This document shows positions 19,777 to 30,226 of a stretch of DNA of 64,000 nt, one piece after another. The notes under the pieces were generated by a model. That model ran no database searches and was not told the origin of the DNA. It saw only the letters and a program-made list of their open reading frames with translations. Positions within the stretch are counted from its first letter, which is position 1; each line of letters opens with the position of its first letter. Both the position numbers and the translations under genes were made by a program. Source of the stretch: an uncultured Spirochaetota bacterium (GTDB taxonomy: Bacteria; Spirochaetota; Spirochaetia; SZUA-6; Fen-1364); assembly GCA_963845535.1 (NCBI GenBank), contig CAWJSK010000016.1, positions 70,422 to 134,421 on the forward strand, given 5' to 3'.

Positions 19777-20219
19777 TTTTCCGGCTCCTCTCGGCGCGCG
19801 AGCAGCTCATCAACCTTCGCAAGGAGCGCCTGCGGCTGCACGGGCTTGTCGAAAAAAGCGTCTGCATGGAGCGCCGCAAGATCCGCCGCCGTGCGCGGAT
19901 GGAAGTCAAAACCCTTCTGGCTTGAAATGGCAGAGACGATGATGATAGGGATGCTTTTGAAACGGGGATCAGTCCTCACGGCGCGGGCAAACGAGAAGCC
20001 GGAGTCCAGGGCCTCCATCATCAGGTCGCAGACGATGAGAATCTTCCTGCTGGGCTGCCCGGAGGGCACCCCGGCGGGCAGACCTTTGCCAAGGGCGGAA
20101 AGCGCCGTCTTCGGATCCGAAAAACTCCTGACCTCATACCCCTTGGTCTCGAAGATTTTCCGCTCGAGCTCCAGGAAGTCAGCATCATCATCGAGAAGGA
20201 GGACCACGGGCTGCATCAC
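19773..20219 (-). CDS. Single-domain response regulator
   Basis: LLDDD, CDLMME, FDKP; no output domain. Confidence 0.88.
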   Translation of the reverse strand: MMQPVVLLLDDDADFLELERKIFETKGYEVRSFSDPKTALSALGKGLPAGVPSGQPSRKILIVCDLMMEALDSGFSFARAVRTDPRFKSIPIIIVSAISSQKGFDFHPRTAADLAALHADAFFDKPVQPQALLAKVDELLARREEPEK

Positions 20220-20608
20220 GCCTGCCTCGAAAGCGCCTTGTTGACCACCGCCAGCAGGAGCTGCGGGTCCACGGGCTTTTCCAGCAGCGCATCCACGGGA
20301 AGCCAGGTGTGATCCGGTTCCAGGCGGAACGGGATGGAATCATTGACCGAGGTGATCATGACGAGCGGGATGGTCCTCGTGATCTCGGAGTTTCGAAGCT
20401 CGCGCGACACGTCGAAGCCGTCGTTCGGGCTTTCCATCACCATGTCCAGGATGATGAGGTCCGGCCGCTTCCTTTCCACCTCTTCACGGCATTGCTTTCC
20501 GTTGAACGCAACGCGGACCGTGTAGCCGTTTTCCGTCAAGAGGGCCCGATTCATCTCCACAAAGTCCGCGTCATCATCGACAAGAAGAACCGTCTTATCC
20601 CACCCCAT
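20216..20608 (-). CDS. Single-domain response regulator
   Basis: LVDDD, LDMVME, LEKP; no output domain. Confidence 0.88.
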   Translation of the reverse strand: MGWDKTVLLVDDDADFVEMNRALLTENGYTVRVAFNGKQCREEVERKRPDLIILDMVMESPNDGFDVSRELRNSEITRTIPLVMITSVNDSIPFRLEPDHTWLPVDALLEKPVDPQLLLAVVNKALSRQA

Positions 20609-22608
20609 GGATCTCCTCCCGTGTCTTGTCACCGACAGGGATGCGCACGTGGAAGGTTGTCCCCTTTCCCACCTCGCTGTCCACCGTTATGTCTCCCGCA
20701 TGCATCTTCACCACCCCATAGACGATGGAAAGGCCCATGCCGCTGCCTTTGCCGAGCTGCTTCGTCGTGTAGAACGGCGTGAAGATATCCTTGAGCGTCT
20801 CCTGCGGCATGCCGCTTCCGGTGTCCCGCACGCGAAGCACAGCAAGGTCTCCCGACTCGGAGAGGCCCACGGAGACCACAACTTCTCCGCCCGCGGCGCC
20901 GTTGATCGCGTCAATCCCGTTCTGGACCAGGTTCACGAGCATCTGGCGGATCTGCTCCCCATCCGCGCTGACGCGCGGCATGCCGTCCTGGACCTCGGCC
21001 ATCACCCGGGTCCCGCCTTCCCCCAGCTTCATGTTCATGGAGTCGGCGATGTCCCGCGCAATCAACCCAAGGTCCGTTGGCGTTTTCACCACTCGTGACT
21101 GCCGGGCAAAGTCCAGCAAGCCGCGCATGATGGAGCGGCACCGGTTGGCCTCGTTCACGATCATCTGGATGTCCTCGGACTCCGCGTCGCCCTCCCGGTG
21201 CGCTTTCAGGAGCATGTGGGAGTACAGGAGGATGGTTGAGAGCGGGTTGTTGATCTCGTGGGCCACGCCGGCGGAAATCTGGCCCATGGACGCCAGGCGC
21301 TCAGTCTGCACCAGCCTGTCCTGCGTGGCCCGGTGGGAGCGCTGCAGGTCGGCAAGCGTCGACTCCAGCTCCTCCACCAGGTACGGAAGGCACATGCTCA
21401 CCTCCGCAATCCCCTGGCACACCGCAATGGCCTTTCTCACGGCAGGAAGGGTAGCCGCAGGACCCGCAGTCAAGCTGGTCCTCGGGTCCGAACTTGCGCA
21501 TCCTTCGAAGCGTTGCGGCAATCTCCTCCTCAGAAGGCTGCGGAAGGACCACCGCGTCTTCCGCGAAGTCCCGCCGAAGGTCGATGTCGGCAAACTCCGC
21601 AATCGTCTCCCCCATGTCGCGGCTGGGCTGGCTCTCGTTCCTCGCGTTGATGTAGTCAGTGACAATCTCCCTTCGCGCCACGGCGCCCATGGTGCCCGGC
21701 ATCCTTGGACCGTTGATGCATCCCTCGCAGAACAGCACGTCGAACATCCGCACCTTGCTCCTGCCCTCCGCGAGCTCCTTCAGCGCGGAAACCACCCTGT
21801 CCTTGCCTTCCGTCACGAGCACGGTGTTCTGGAGAATGTCCGCGTCGAAGCCCGCCGCGCGCAGAAGGCCTCCGGGCAGCGGGATGGACCGGCCCAGGTA
21901 GGAAGCGGGTCCGTCGAAAGCAGACGGTGCAAGCGACGCTGGATGAATCCCCGCCCTCTGCCACAACGCGGAGAGCTCGTCATAGGTCAGCACGGCGTCC
22001 ACCGTCCCCTGCACGTAGGGGTCCCGTATCTCGGCTTTCTTGGCGATGCAGGGACCGACAAACACCACGCGGACTCCGGCCCCGAACCTCCGCTTGATTG
22101 CGCGCGCGGTGGCGATCATGGGAGAAACGATGGGGGCAAGGGCGCCGTGGAGCGCGGGCAGGTACTTTTGCACGTACGAAACGATGGCGGGGCACGCGGT
22201 GCTCACCACGGGACGGCCAGCCCTGATGGCTTGCCGGGCCAGGATTGCGTACTCCTGGCTGATCAACTCCGCGCCGAATGCCACTTCCCATACTTGTGAG
22301 ACTCCCAGCGCGCGAACGGCGGAAACGACACTGCCCGGGTCCGTTCCCGCGAACGCAACGGGGAAGGAAGGGGCGAGACAGACGAACACCCGCTCACCCT
22401 CTTCCAGCATCCGCGCCACGGCCATGGAGGAGTCTTCGATCCTCTTCGCCTTCTGCGTGCAGACTTTCACGCAGTTGCCGCAGGCAATGCACTGCTCCGC
22501 AATGACGGTTGCCTGGCCGGAGATGACCTTGATGGCCTTGGCCGGGCATTCCCGCACGCACGTGTAGCAGCGGCGGCATTTCTCAGGAATGGTGGAGACT
22601 ATCCCCAT
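20595..22608 (-). CDS. Sensory-type [FeFe]-hydrogenase fused to histidine kinase; frameshift at ~21433
   Basis: 2x[4Fe-4S] motifs, STACPA / GPCIAKKAE / LFCEGCING, FeS motif DCGSCGYPSC split by one extra base, then AHEINNPL and HATPase. Confidence 0.85.
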
Positions 22609-22644
22609 GCGCGCACCCTCACGGTGCCTTTCCTCCGTGTCCTC

Positions 22645-24415
22645 TTACACCCTCTCCCGTGCCACGTATTTCGTGTGAAGGAGATGATGCGATTTCTCCC
22701 CGAGCGGCTTCGAGAGGAATTGCTCGTAGATGGCCTGCACCTCGGGGTTGTTGTGGGACTTGCGGATCTGCTTCCCTTCGTCTTCCTTGTAGATGGCGGC
22801 AATCCGCGCGGTCCTGACCTCATCCGTGGTGAGCCGGGGCTGGCCTCCACCGCCAATACACCCTCCGGGACAGGTCATCACTTCCACGAAGTGGTACTGC
22901 TCGCCGCCCTTGATGCGCTCAATCAATTGCCGCGCGTTCCCAAGGCCGTGCGCCACGGCCACCTTCACTGTCACGCCCTCCAGGAATGACCAGTCCGAAA
23001 CCGCGCCTTCTATCTTCACCGAGGCTTCCTTGATTCCCTTGAGACCGGGCAATGGGAGCGATGTGCAGGTTCTCGAAAGGCAGCGGCCTTCCCGTCACGA
23101 TCTCGTAGACCGTTCGAAGCGCCGCTTCCATGACTCCGCCGGTATTGGCAAAGATGTCCGCCGCACCTGATGAGGCTCCCAGGATACTGTCCATGGAGCC
23201 GTCAGGCAAGCCGGTGAAGTCCAGCCCGGACTGCTTGATCATGCGGCCAAGCTCGCGGGTTGTGAGAACCGCGTCAACGTCGCGCTCGCCGCTTGAGTAC
23301 ATCTCGGGCCGCTGCGACTCGTACTTCTTTGCCGTGCACGGCATCACGGAGACCACGAAGATCTCCTCCGCCGTTTTCCCGATCTTCTGGGCAAAGTACG
23401 TCTTTGCCACGGCGCCGAACATCTGTTGAGGCGACTTGCACGTGGAGATGTTTGGCAGAATGTCCGGCCAGTAGTGCTCGGCATACTTGATCCATCCGGG
23501 GGAGCAACTGGTGAACATGGGAAGGGCGACCTTCTTCTTGTCCACCAGCGCCGCCTTGAGACGCGTCAGAAGCTCCGTGCCTTCCTCCATGATAGTGAGG
23601 TCCGCTGTGAAGTTCGTGTCGAACACCCGGTCAAACCCCATCTGCCGAAGCGCGGTCACCATCTTGCCGGTCACGAGAGTGCCGGGGGGGTAGCCGAAGC
23701 ATTCTCCCAGCGCGGCTCGGATGGCGGGCGCGGTCTGCACCACCACGGTTTTCTTCGGGTCATCCAGGGCTTCCCACACGCGCGCAATCTCATCCCGCTC
23801 GCTGATGGCCCCCACGGGGCACACTGCCGCGCACTGTCCGCACTGCACGCAGACCACGTCGGACAGCGGCTGCGCGAACGCCGGGCCGATCATTGCCTTG
23901 AAGCCCCTTCCCTGAGGGAAGATGGCCCCGACTCCCTGCGTCTCCCCGCACACGGTGACACAGCGCCGGCAGGAGACGCACTTGGCCGTGTCACGCACCA
24001 GCGCGGGTGTGCTCGCGTCAGTCATGCGCTTGCTCTTTGTTCCCGAGAACGTGATCTGGCGGATGCCGAGGTCGCTTGCAATTGCCTGCAGCTCACAGTC
24101 CCCGTTGCGGTCACAGGTCTGGCAATCCCCTTCGTGATCGGAGAGGATCAGCTCCACGACGGTCCGCCGCGCCTTCCTGGCGCGCGGGGAGCTCGTCTGT
24201 ATTTCCATCCCGTCCGCGGCCATGGTCACGCATGACGGCATCAAGGTCCTGGCCCCTTTCACTTCCACCAGGCACACCCGGCAGCTACCGATGGCCTGCA
24301 CGCTTTTCAGGTAACACAGGGACGGAATCTTGATCCCAGCCAGGCGGGCGGCTTCCAGAAGGTTGGTCCCCGCCGGCACTTCGATCTTCCTGTTGTCAAT
24401 GGTCAGCGCTGGCAT
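22645..24415 (-). CDS. hydA: [FeFe]-hydrogenase catalytic subunit (M3 architecture); frameshift at ~23047
   Basis: [2Fe-2S], HxxxCxxC, 2x[4Fe-4S], TSCSPGW, MPCTAKKYE; EVMTCPGGCIGGGGQP in the second frame. Confidence 0.93.
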
Positions 24416-24416
24416 G

Positions 24417-27400
24417 TCAGTTGGCTCCTTTTTCACGGTAGTCGCACCGTAGGCATCGTTTGCTCTCTGAAAGCGCGGCCGCGCACGGCACGGTCAGCTC
24501 CACCTCGGCAAAGCTCCCTTTTCGCTTTGCCACCGGGATGAGCTTCACCGTGGGCCGCTCCCCCATGATCGGATCAGCATCCGGATCGAAGAACGCGTCG
24601 GACTGCCGGTACGTGCGCCAGTGGGCATGGGCTTCCCCGGTAAGGAATGCGTCAATGCCCGCCGCGGCTCTCTCTCCCGCGGCGATTGCCTCAACCACGG
24701 AGGACGGCCCGCTTACGGCGTCACCGCCCGCAAACACCCATTCCACGGAGGTCTGCCCGGTGACGGGGTCCGCGGACAGGTACTCACGCTCGTTCTGCTT
24801 CGGTGCAATCCCATCGAATAAAGCCGATGGGACTAGCTTCTGGCCGATTGCAGCAATCACCATGTCCGCGTCCAGGATGAAATCATTCTCCCCTTTTGCC
24901 ACAGGCTTCCTGCGGCCGGTCCGGTCGAAGTCTCCCAGGTCCATGGTTCGAAACTTCACGGAAGTGAGCTTCTCACCCTTGCGCACCAGCTCCAGCGGCG
25001 CGGCAAGGAACTCGAACTTCACCCCTTCGCGCTCCGCTTCCTCCACCTCTTCGACGAAGGCGGGCATCTCTGCCCTGGTGCGCCGGTACACAACGGTCGA
25101 GCTCTCAGCGCCCAGGCGCAAGGCCGTGCGGGCCGCGTCCACGGCAGCGTTGCCGCCGCCGATCACCACGACGTGTTTGCCGACTTTGGCCTTGCCTTCC
25201 CCCGGTGCTCCGGGGGCATTCAGGTTGTATTCCTTGAGGAACCTCAGCGCGTCCACCACTCCCTTGCCGTCTTCCCCTTTCATCCCCAGGCTCATGCCTT
25301 GGGGCGCTCCCACGCCAAGGAACACTGCTTCGTAGCCCTGCTCCTTGAGGCTGGGAAGCGTGAAGTCTGTCCCGAGCTTTTTCTTCGTCTTGATGGTCAC
25401 GCCCATGCCGGCAATCATCCCAATCTCACGGTCCAGGATTTCCCGGGGGAGCCGATAGGATGGGATGGCCTGCCTGAGCATGCCGCCGGGCTTGCTCTCT
25501 GCCTCGAACACGGTGGGCTTGTACCCCAGCCGAGCAAGGAAGTACGCGCAGGAAAGGCCCGCGGGCCCCGCGCCCACAATCGCAACCTTGCGCTTCCCGT
25601 TCGTGCCGTCAGCAATGGGGTCCGGCAGCTGCGGGGTTTTCTCCTGGTCGGAAAGGAACCGCTTGACCGCGCGGACAGACAACGGCTCATCCAGCGTTGA
25701 CCGTCTGCACTTGCCTTCGCAGGGATGGAAGCACACTCGGGCGCAGACGCCGACAAACGGATTTCTCTCCCGGTGAAGCTTGAGCGCCTCATTGTAGCGC
25801 TTCTCCCCGGTAAGGCTTACGAATCCCGGCACGTCCACTCCCGCGGGGCACGCATTCTGGCAGGGCGCGCGCACCAGCTCCGCGCACACGCCGGCCCGGC
25901 ACTTGTGGTCCCTGATGTGCTCCTCGAACTCTTCGCGGAAGTAGCGGATGTTTGAAAGAACGGGGTTCGGCGCGCCCTGTCCGAGGGCGCAGAGCGCCGT
26001 GTCCTGGATCGTCTTTCCCAGGTCAATCAGCCGTTCAATGTCCCCTTCTTCTCCTTTGCCGGCGCAGATCCTTTCCAGGATTTCGAGCATCCTTCGCGTG
26101 CCCACCCGGCAGGGCGTGCACTTGCCGCAGGATTCATCCTGCGTGAACTCCAGGAAGAACCGCGCCATGTCCACCATGCAGGAATCCTCATCCATGACGA
26201 TCAGACCGCCGGATCCCATGATGGCGCCCAATTGCACGATGGATTCGTAGTCGACGGGGACGTTCAGGTGCTCCTTGGGGATGGACCCGCCTGACGGACC
26301 GCCCATCTGCGCCGCCTTGAACTTCTTCCCGTTGGGGATCCCGCCGCCAATGTCGTAGATGATCTCCCCAAGGGGCACTCCCATGTTCACCTCGACAAGG
26401 CCGACGTTGTTCACCTTGCCGGTCAGCGCGAAGATCTTTGTCCCGGGGCTCTTTTCCGTGCCCACTGATCGGAACCATGCGGAGCCGTTGGTAATAATGA
26501 GGGGAATGTTGGCCAGCGTCTCCACGTTGTTCAGGACCGACGGTTTTTCCCACAACCCTGCATCTGAGGGGAACGGCGGCCGGGGCCGGGGCTCACCGCG
26601 CTTTCCTTCAATGGACCGCATGAGGGCTGTCTCTTCCCCGCACACGAACGCCCCTGAGCCCTTGGCAATGTCGATGTCGTAGTCGAATCCCGTGCCCAGG
26701 ATGTCCGAGCCCAGGAGCCCGCGCTCCCGGCACTGGTTGATGGCGATGGTGAGCCTTTCGATGGCAAGCGGGTACTCCGCCCTGCAATAGATGTAGCCCT
26801 GGTGCGCGCCGATGGCGCGGGCGCCAATGATCATGCCTTCGATCACGGCATGCGGATCACTTTCCAGGACGCTCCTGTCCATGAACGCGCCCGGGTCTCC
26901 TTCATCCGCGTTGCAGAGGAAGTATTTGACCGGTGACTTCGAACGGGAGGCGAAGTCCCACTTGGTTCCCGTGGGGAATCCCGCGCCACCGCGTCCGCGA
27001 AGGCCGGACTTCTTGATTTCTTCAACGATGGCTTGCGGCGTCATTTCAAGGAGCGCCTTTGCCGTTGCAACGTAGCCGCCGCGTCCAATGTATTCCTCGA
27101 TGCTCAACGCGGAGATCCTGCCTTTGTTGTGCAGGACGCGCAGGTTCTGCTTTGCAAAAAACGGGATGTCTGCGTAATGCGGGATCACGGCCTGGGTGAC
27201 GGGGTGACGGAACATCAGCCTCTCCACCGGCCTCCCCTTCAGCACGTGCTCTTCCACAAGCTCGGCCATGTCCTCAGGGGCAAGCTTCTGATAAAAGAAA
27301 CCGCCGGGGTACACCACCATGATGGGGCCGCACGCGCAGAAGCCGTTGCAGCCGGTTCGGACCACCGCCACCTCTCCCGCGGCGCGCGCATCATGCACAT

Positions 27401-27533
27401 CCTCAATGGAGACCTTGTCCATGAGGTCATGCACGGCAAGCTCCTTCACCAGGGCGTCGCGGACTTTTTCCGCTCCTGAGGAGACGCACCCGGTGCCGAA
27501 GCACATCAGCAGATGGATTCGTGTCGTCTTCAT
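24417..27533 (-). CDS. hydB: HydB/NuoF-like flavin subunit fused to GltD-like FAD/NADP(H) oxidoreductase
   Basis: GRGGAGFPTG, NADEGDPGAFMDR, ESCGKCTPCR; then PCQNACP, GAGPAGL, GGGNAAVD...YRRT, GGD. Confidence 0.92.
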   Translation of the reverse strand: MKTTRIHLLMCFGTGCVSSGAEKVRDALVKELAVHDLMDKVSIEDVHDARAAGEVAVVRTGCNGFCACGPIMVVYPGGFFYQKLAPEDMAELVEEHVLKGRPVERLMFRHPVTQAVIPHYADIPFFAKQNLRVLHNKGRISALSIEEYIGRGGYVATAKALLEMTPQAIVEEIKKSGLRGRGGAGFPTGTKWDFASRSKSPVKYFLCNADEGDPGAFMDRSVLESDPHAVIEGMIIGARAIGAHQGYIYCRAEYPLAIERLTIAINQCRERGLLGSDILGTGFDYDIDIAKGSGAFVCGEETALMRSIEGKRGEPRPRPPFPSDAGLWEKPSVLNNVETLANIPLIITNGSAWFRSVGTEKSPGTKIFALTGKVNNVGLVEVNMGVPLGEIIYDIGGGIPNGKKFKAAQMGGPSGGSIPKEHLNVPVDYESIVQLGAIMGSGGLIVMDEDSCMVDMARFFLEFTQDESCGKCTPCRVGTRRMLEILERICAGKGEEGDIERLIDLGKTIQDTALCALGQGAPNPVLSNIRYFREEFEEHIRDHKCRAGVCAELVRAPCQNACPAGVDVPGFVSLTGEKRYNEALKLHRERNPFVGVCARVCFHPCEGKCRRSTLDEPLSVRAVKRFLSDQEKTPQLPDPIADGTNGKRKVAIVGAGPAGLSCAYFLARLGYKPTVFEAESKPGGMLRQAIPSYRLPREILDREIGMIAGMGVTIKTKKKLGTDFTLPSLKEQGYEAVFLGVGAPQGMSLGMKGEDGKGVVDALRFLKEYNLNAPGAPGEGKAKVGKHVVVIGGGNAAVDAARTALRLGAESSTVVYRRTRAEMPAFVEEVEEAEREGVKFEFLAAPLELVRKGEKLTSVKFRTMDLGDFDRTGRRKPVAKGENDFILDADMVIAAIGQKLVPSALFDGIAPKQNEREYLSADPVTGQTSVEWVFAGGDAVSGPSSVVEAIAAGERAAAGIDAFLTGEAHAHWRTYRQSDAFFDPDADPIMGERPTVKLIPVAKRKGSFAEVELTVPCAAALSESKRCLRCDYREKGAN

Positions 27534-27952
27534 GCTTTTCCCCTCCCCTGCTTCTTCTCAGCGTCCGAGGGCTCCTTGCCCATGTAGACGACGTACGCGT
27601 TGGCCGCCTTACCCGCCAGCGTTTGGCGAAACACTTCCTTGACTGTTTTTCCGTCCAGATGGCCGTAGAGAACGGGCTCGCTGCCCAGCCGTTCGACCGT
27701 CATGACCGGTTCATGCTCGCAGGCGCCAATGCACCCGGACGTGGTGAGCCTGACGTCGGTGCGGCCCGATTTTTCAAGCTCTCCGGCAAGAGCGTTTACA
27801 ACGTCCCGAGCGCCGCTTGCAATCCCGCACGTTCCCATGTGAACGGTGAAGCACATTGTATAGCCGTCCTCACGCAGGGCGGTCTTCTTCTGCGCTTCGT
27901 CCCGGATGGCCAGGATGTCCTGAAGGCTCCGTATCTTTTTTGTCTCAGCCAT
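27530..27952 (-). CDS. Thioredoxin-like [2Fe-2S] subunit (HydD/HndB-like)
   Basis: HMGTCGIASGA, TSGCIGACEHEP. Confidence 0.85.
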   Translation of the reverse strand: MAETKKIRSLQDILAIRDEAQKKTALREDGYTMCFTVHMGTCGIASGARDVVNALAGELEKSGRTDVRLTTSGCIGACEHEPVMTVERLGSEPVLYGHLDGKTVKEVFRQTLAGKAANAYVVYMGKEPSDAEKKQGRGKA

Positions 27953-28011
27953 GGACTTTCACTCCCTTCTCGGAAGCCGGCGCCGTTGCGGCAGATGCGC
28001 GCTCTTCCTGG

Positions 28012-28557
28012 TCACGGGGCTTTCTTCGACGCCGCCTTCGCGGCCGCCATCGGCGCGGCGTAGCGCGCCAGCATCTCGCGGATCTTTGCCGGCCGCACGC
28101 GCTTGTAGACTTCTTCGTCAATGCACACCGCCGGCGCCAGCCCGCACGCGCCGAAGCAGCGCGCCACTTCCAGGCTGAACATCCCGTCTTTCGTGGTCTC
28201 ACCCACCTCGATGCCAAGCTCCTTGCGCATGGCTTCGAGCACCTGCTTGCCGCCCCGCACGTAGCAGGCGGTCCCCAGGCAGACGCGGATCACGTGCTTC
28301 CCGCGGGGCTGCGTTGAGAAAAATGCGTAGAACCCCACGACCCCCGCCACTTCGCTGTAGGACTTGCCCAGGGAAAGGGCAATGGTCTTCAGCACCGCTT
28401 CCGGCAGGTAGCCGTAGATGCCCTGCGCCATCTGCAGCACGGGGATGAGGTTACCGGGCCTGCCCCGGTATTCCGCCAGCACCTGGTCAAGCCTTCGCCC
28501 CAGCTCGGCATCGGTCGCCTGCCCGCAGCAGGCGGATGCGCCACTCGTCTCGCTCAT
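28012..28557 (-). CDS. hydC: HydC/NuoE-like [2Fe-2S] subunit
   Basis: LIPVLQ..Q..YGYLP, CLGTACYVRG, RCFGACGLAP. Confidence 0.93.
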   Translation of the reverse strand: MSETSGASACCGQATDAELGRRLDQVLAEYRGRPGNLIPVLQMAQGIYGYLPEAVLKTIALSLGKSYSEVAGVVGFYAFFSTQPRGKHVIRVCLGTACYVRGGKQVLEAMRKELGIEVGETTKDGMFSLEVARCFGACGLAPAVCIDEEVYKRVRPAKIREMLARYAAPMAAAKAASKKAP

Positions 28558-28571
28558 GCCGTACTCCTCTC

Positions 28572-29117
28572 TTATCCTTTCACGTTCAGGGCGTTGAGCC
28601 CCTCGGCTATTGTGTCGCGCATGCGCCTGGCCAGGCTGATCTCTCCCCTCTTGCCTGCAGGCAAAGTGCGGATAATGTCGGCCGTGCTCACCCGCCACTC
28701 GCGGCCAGCCACCCGCAGGCAGGACCGCAGCTCCACGCCCGGGTTCGTGCACACAACCGAGGCAAGCGTCCCGGCCAGGTCCCCCAGCGGGCTTCTGTCC
28801 ACGCTGGAAAGCGGCATCCGCGCGCGCACGGACAATCCTCCCAGCGCTGATCTGCCCAGGGTGAAGCTTCCGCCAGCCTGCTCCGCGCGGAACTTGAAAA
28901 GGCTCAGGCCAAGCCCTGTCCTCTTCCCTTCCTTCGTGGTGAAGAAAGGGTCGGTGGCAACGTCGTCTGAAACTTCAAGGCCGGGACCATCGTCTTCCAC
29001 GCAAACGGTCATGCTGTCCTCCGCCGGCGTTTCCTCCAAAGACACGCAGATCACCGCGGCCCCCGCCCTGATGGAGTTCTCCACGAGGTCGAGGATGTGC
29101 AGCGAGATCTCACGCAA
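28572..29117 (-). CDS. Stand-alone HATPase_c protein of hydrogenase operons
   Basis: TTG start: LREISLHILDLVENSIRAGA, DDGPG, DPFFTT, GLGLSL. Confidence 0.82.
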   Translation of the reverse strand: MREISLHILDLVENSIRAGAAVICVSLEETPAEDSMTVCVEDDGPGLEVSDDVATDPFFTTKEGKRTGLGLSLFKFRAEQAGGSFTLGRSALGGLSVRARMPLSSVDRSPLGDLAGTLASVVCTNPGVELRSCLRVAGREWRVSTADIIRTLPAGKRGEISLARRMRDTIAEGLNALNVKG

Positions 29118-29871
29118 GCGAGCACCTCCTGCCGCTTTCGCCGTGAAGCGCCAGGGCAATCTCGCAGAAAACCGGTTCCCCGACATCCAGGACCGTGAAG
29201 CCCGTGCCGATCTCGGAAAGGAAGTGGCCGTCAGATGAGCACACAAGAGGAAGACCGTAATGCGCAAACTCTGCGGCCTTGCCTTTCGCCGCGCCGGCCG
29301 CTGACACTTCCAGCCCGTCGAATAGGACATCGCGCGGAAGGAAGCCGAGCTGGCCCGGCACGCTGAAGCTGCGCCGGTCAACGTGCGCGGCCACGGCGAG
29401 CCCTCCGTGCCGGTGGATGAACGCAACGGTCTCCCCGAGAGTGAACAGGCTTGCAGAGGCGAGCATCCTCGTTTCGATTCCGGTAATGTTGCCCTCCGCG
29501 TCCACCAGCTCCTGCTCAGGTGTCCGCCTGCCCGCCGCGGACGCATTCGGGAGAAGAGGCCGCCACAGGGGAAGCCCGTCCCGAACCTCTTCGGAGGCGG
29601 CCAGCGCGGCTGCCTCATCCGGGAAAAGCCCCAGGACGTGGACTTCCTCGCGCGTCGTGATCTCCATGCCGGCGATGACGGCAGGCCCCTCCATGGCGTC
29701 GGATGCCTGGCGGACCGCCCGCGCGTTGGCCGCGCTGTTGTGGTCACACACGGCAATCACGGCCATCCCCTTTTCCATGGCCTCGCGGACAATGGCCCGC
29801 GGCCTCATCTGGCGGGACGCGCAGGGAGAGAGCACCGTATGGATGTGAAGGTCGGCCCCGCATCGGATCAT
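29110..29871 (-). CDS. PHP domain phosphoesterase
   Basis: DLHIHTVLSPC, CDHNS, GMEITTREEVH, AAHVDR, SSDGH. Confidence 0.9.
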   Translation of the reverse strand: MIRCGADLHIHTVLSPCASRQMRPRAIVREAMEKGMAVIAVCDHNSAANARAVRQASDAMEGPAVIAGMEITTREEVHVLGLFPDEAAALAASEEVRDGLPLWRPLLPNASAAGRRTPEQELVDAEGNITGIETRMLASASLFTLGETVAFIHRHGGLAVAAHVDRRSFSVPGQLGFLPRDVLFDGLEVSAAGAAKGKAAEFAHYGLPLVCSSDGHFLSEIGTGFTVLDVGEPVFCEIALALHGESGRRCSLA

Positions 29872-29875
29872 TCCC

Positions 29876-30226
29876 TCATTTCCCTCGAAGACCCATCTCG
29901 TAAAGCTTTCCGGCAACGTCGAACGTGGATTCCCGCGTCGTGAAGAGACAGACTTTCTCGGCAACCGCCTTTGCCCGCACGTCCTCCGGCGGCCTCATCC
30001 CCGAAGCGAAGATCACGGCTTTCAGTCCCGCGTGGACCGAAACGGCAACGACGTTCATGTGCACCTGGATGGTGATGAGGAGTCCCCCCGCGGGAGCGTT
30101 GGCAAGGACGTCGCTCAAGAGGTCCGATGCGTGCGCCTTGTCCACGCTCCCCGCTTCCTCCGCGGGAAGCTCAGGGGTGAGATTCTCCAGGCCGAGCGCC
30201 GTTTCAATCAGGTGCAGGTTCATCAT
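29876..30226 (-). CDS. DRTGG/HPr-kinase N-terminal-like protein
   Basis: ASDLLSDVLA, ITIQVHMNVVAV. Confidence 0.82.
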   Translation of the reverse strand: MMNLHLIETALGLENLTPELPAEEAGSVDKAHASDLLSDVLANAPAGGLLITIQVHMNVVAVSVHAGLKAVIFASGMRPPEDVRAKAVAEKVCLFTTRESTFDVAGKLYEMGLRGK

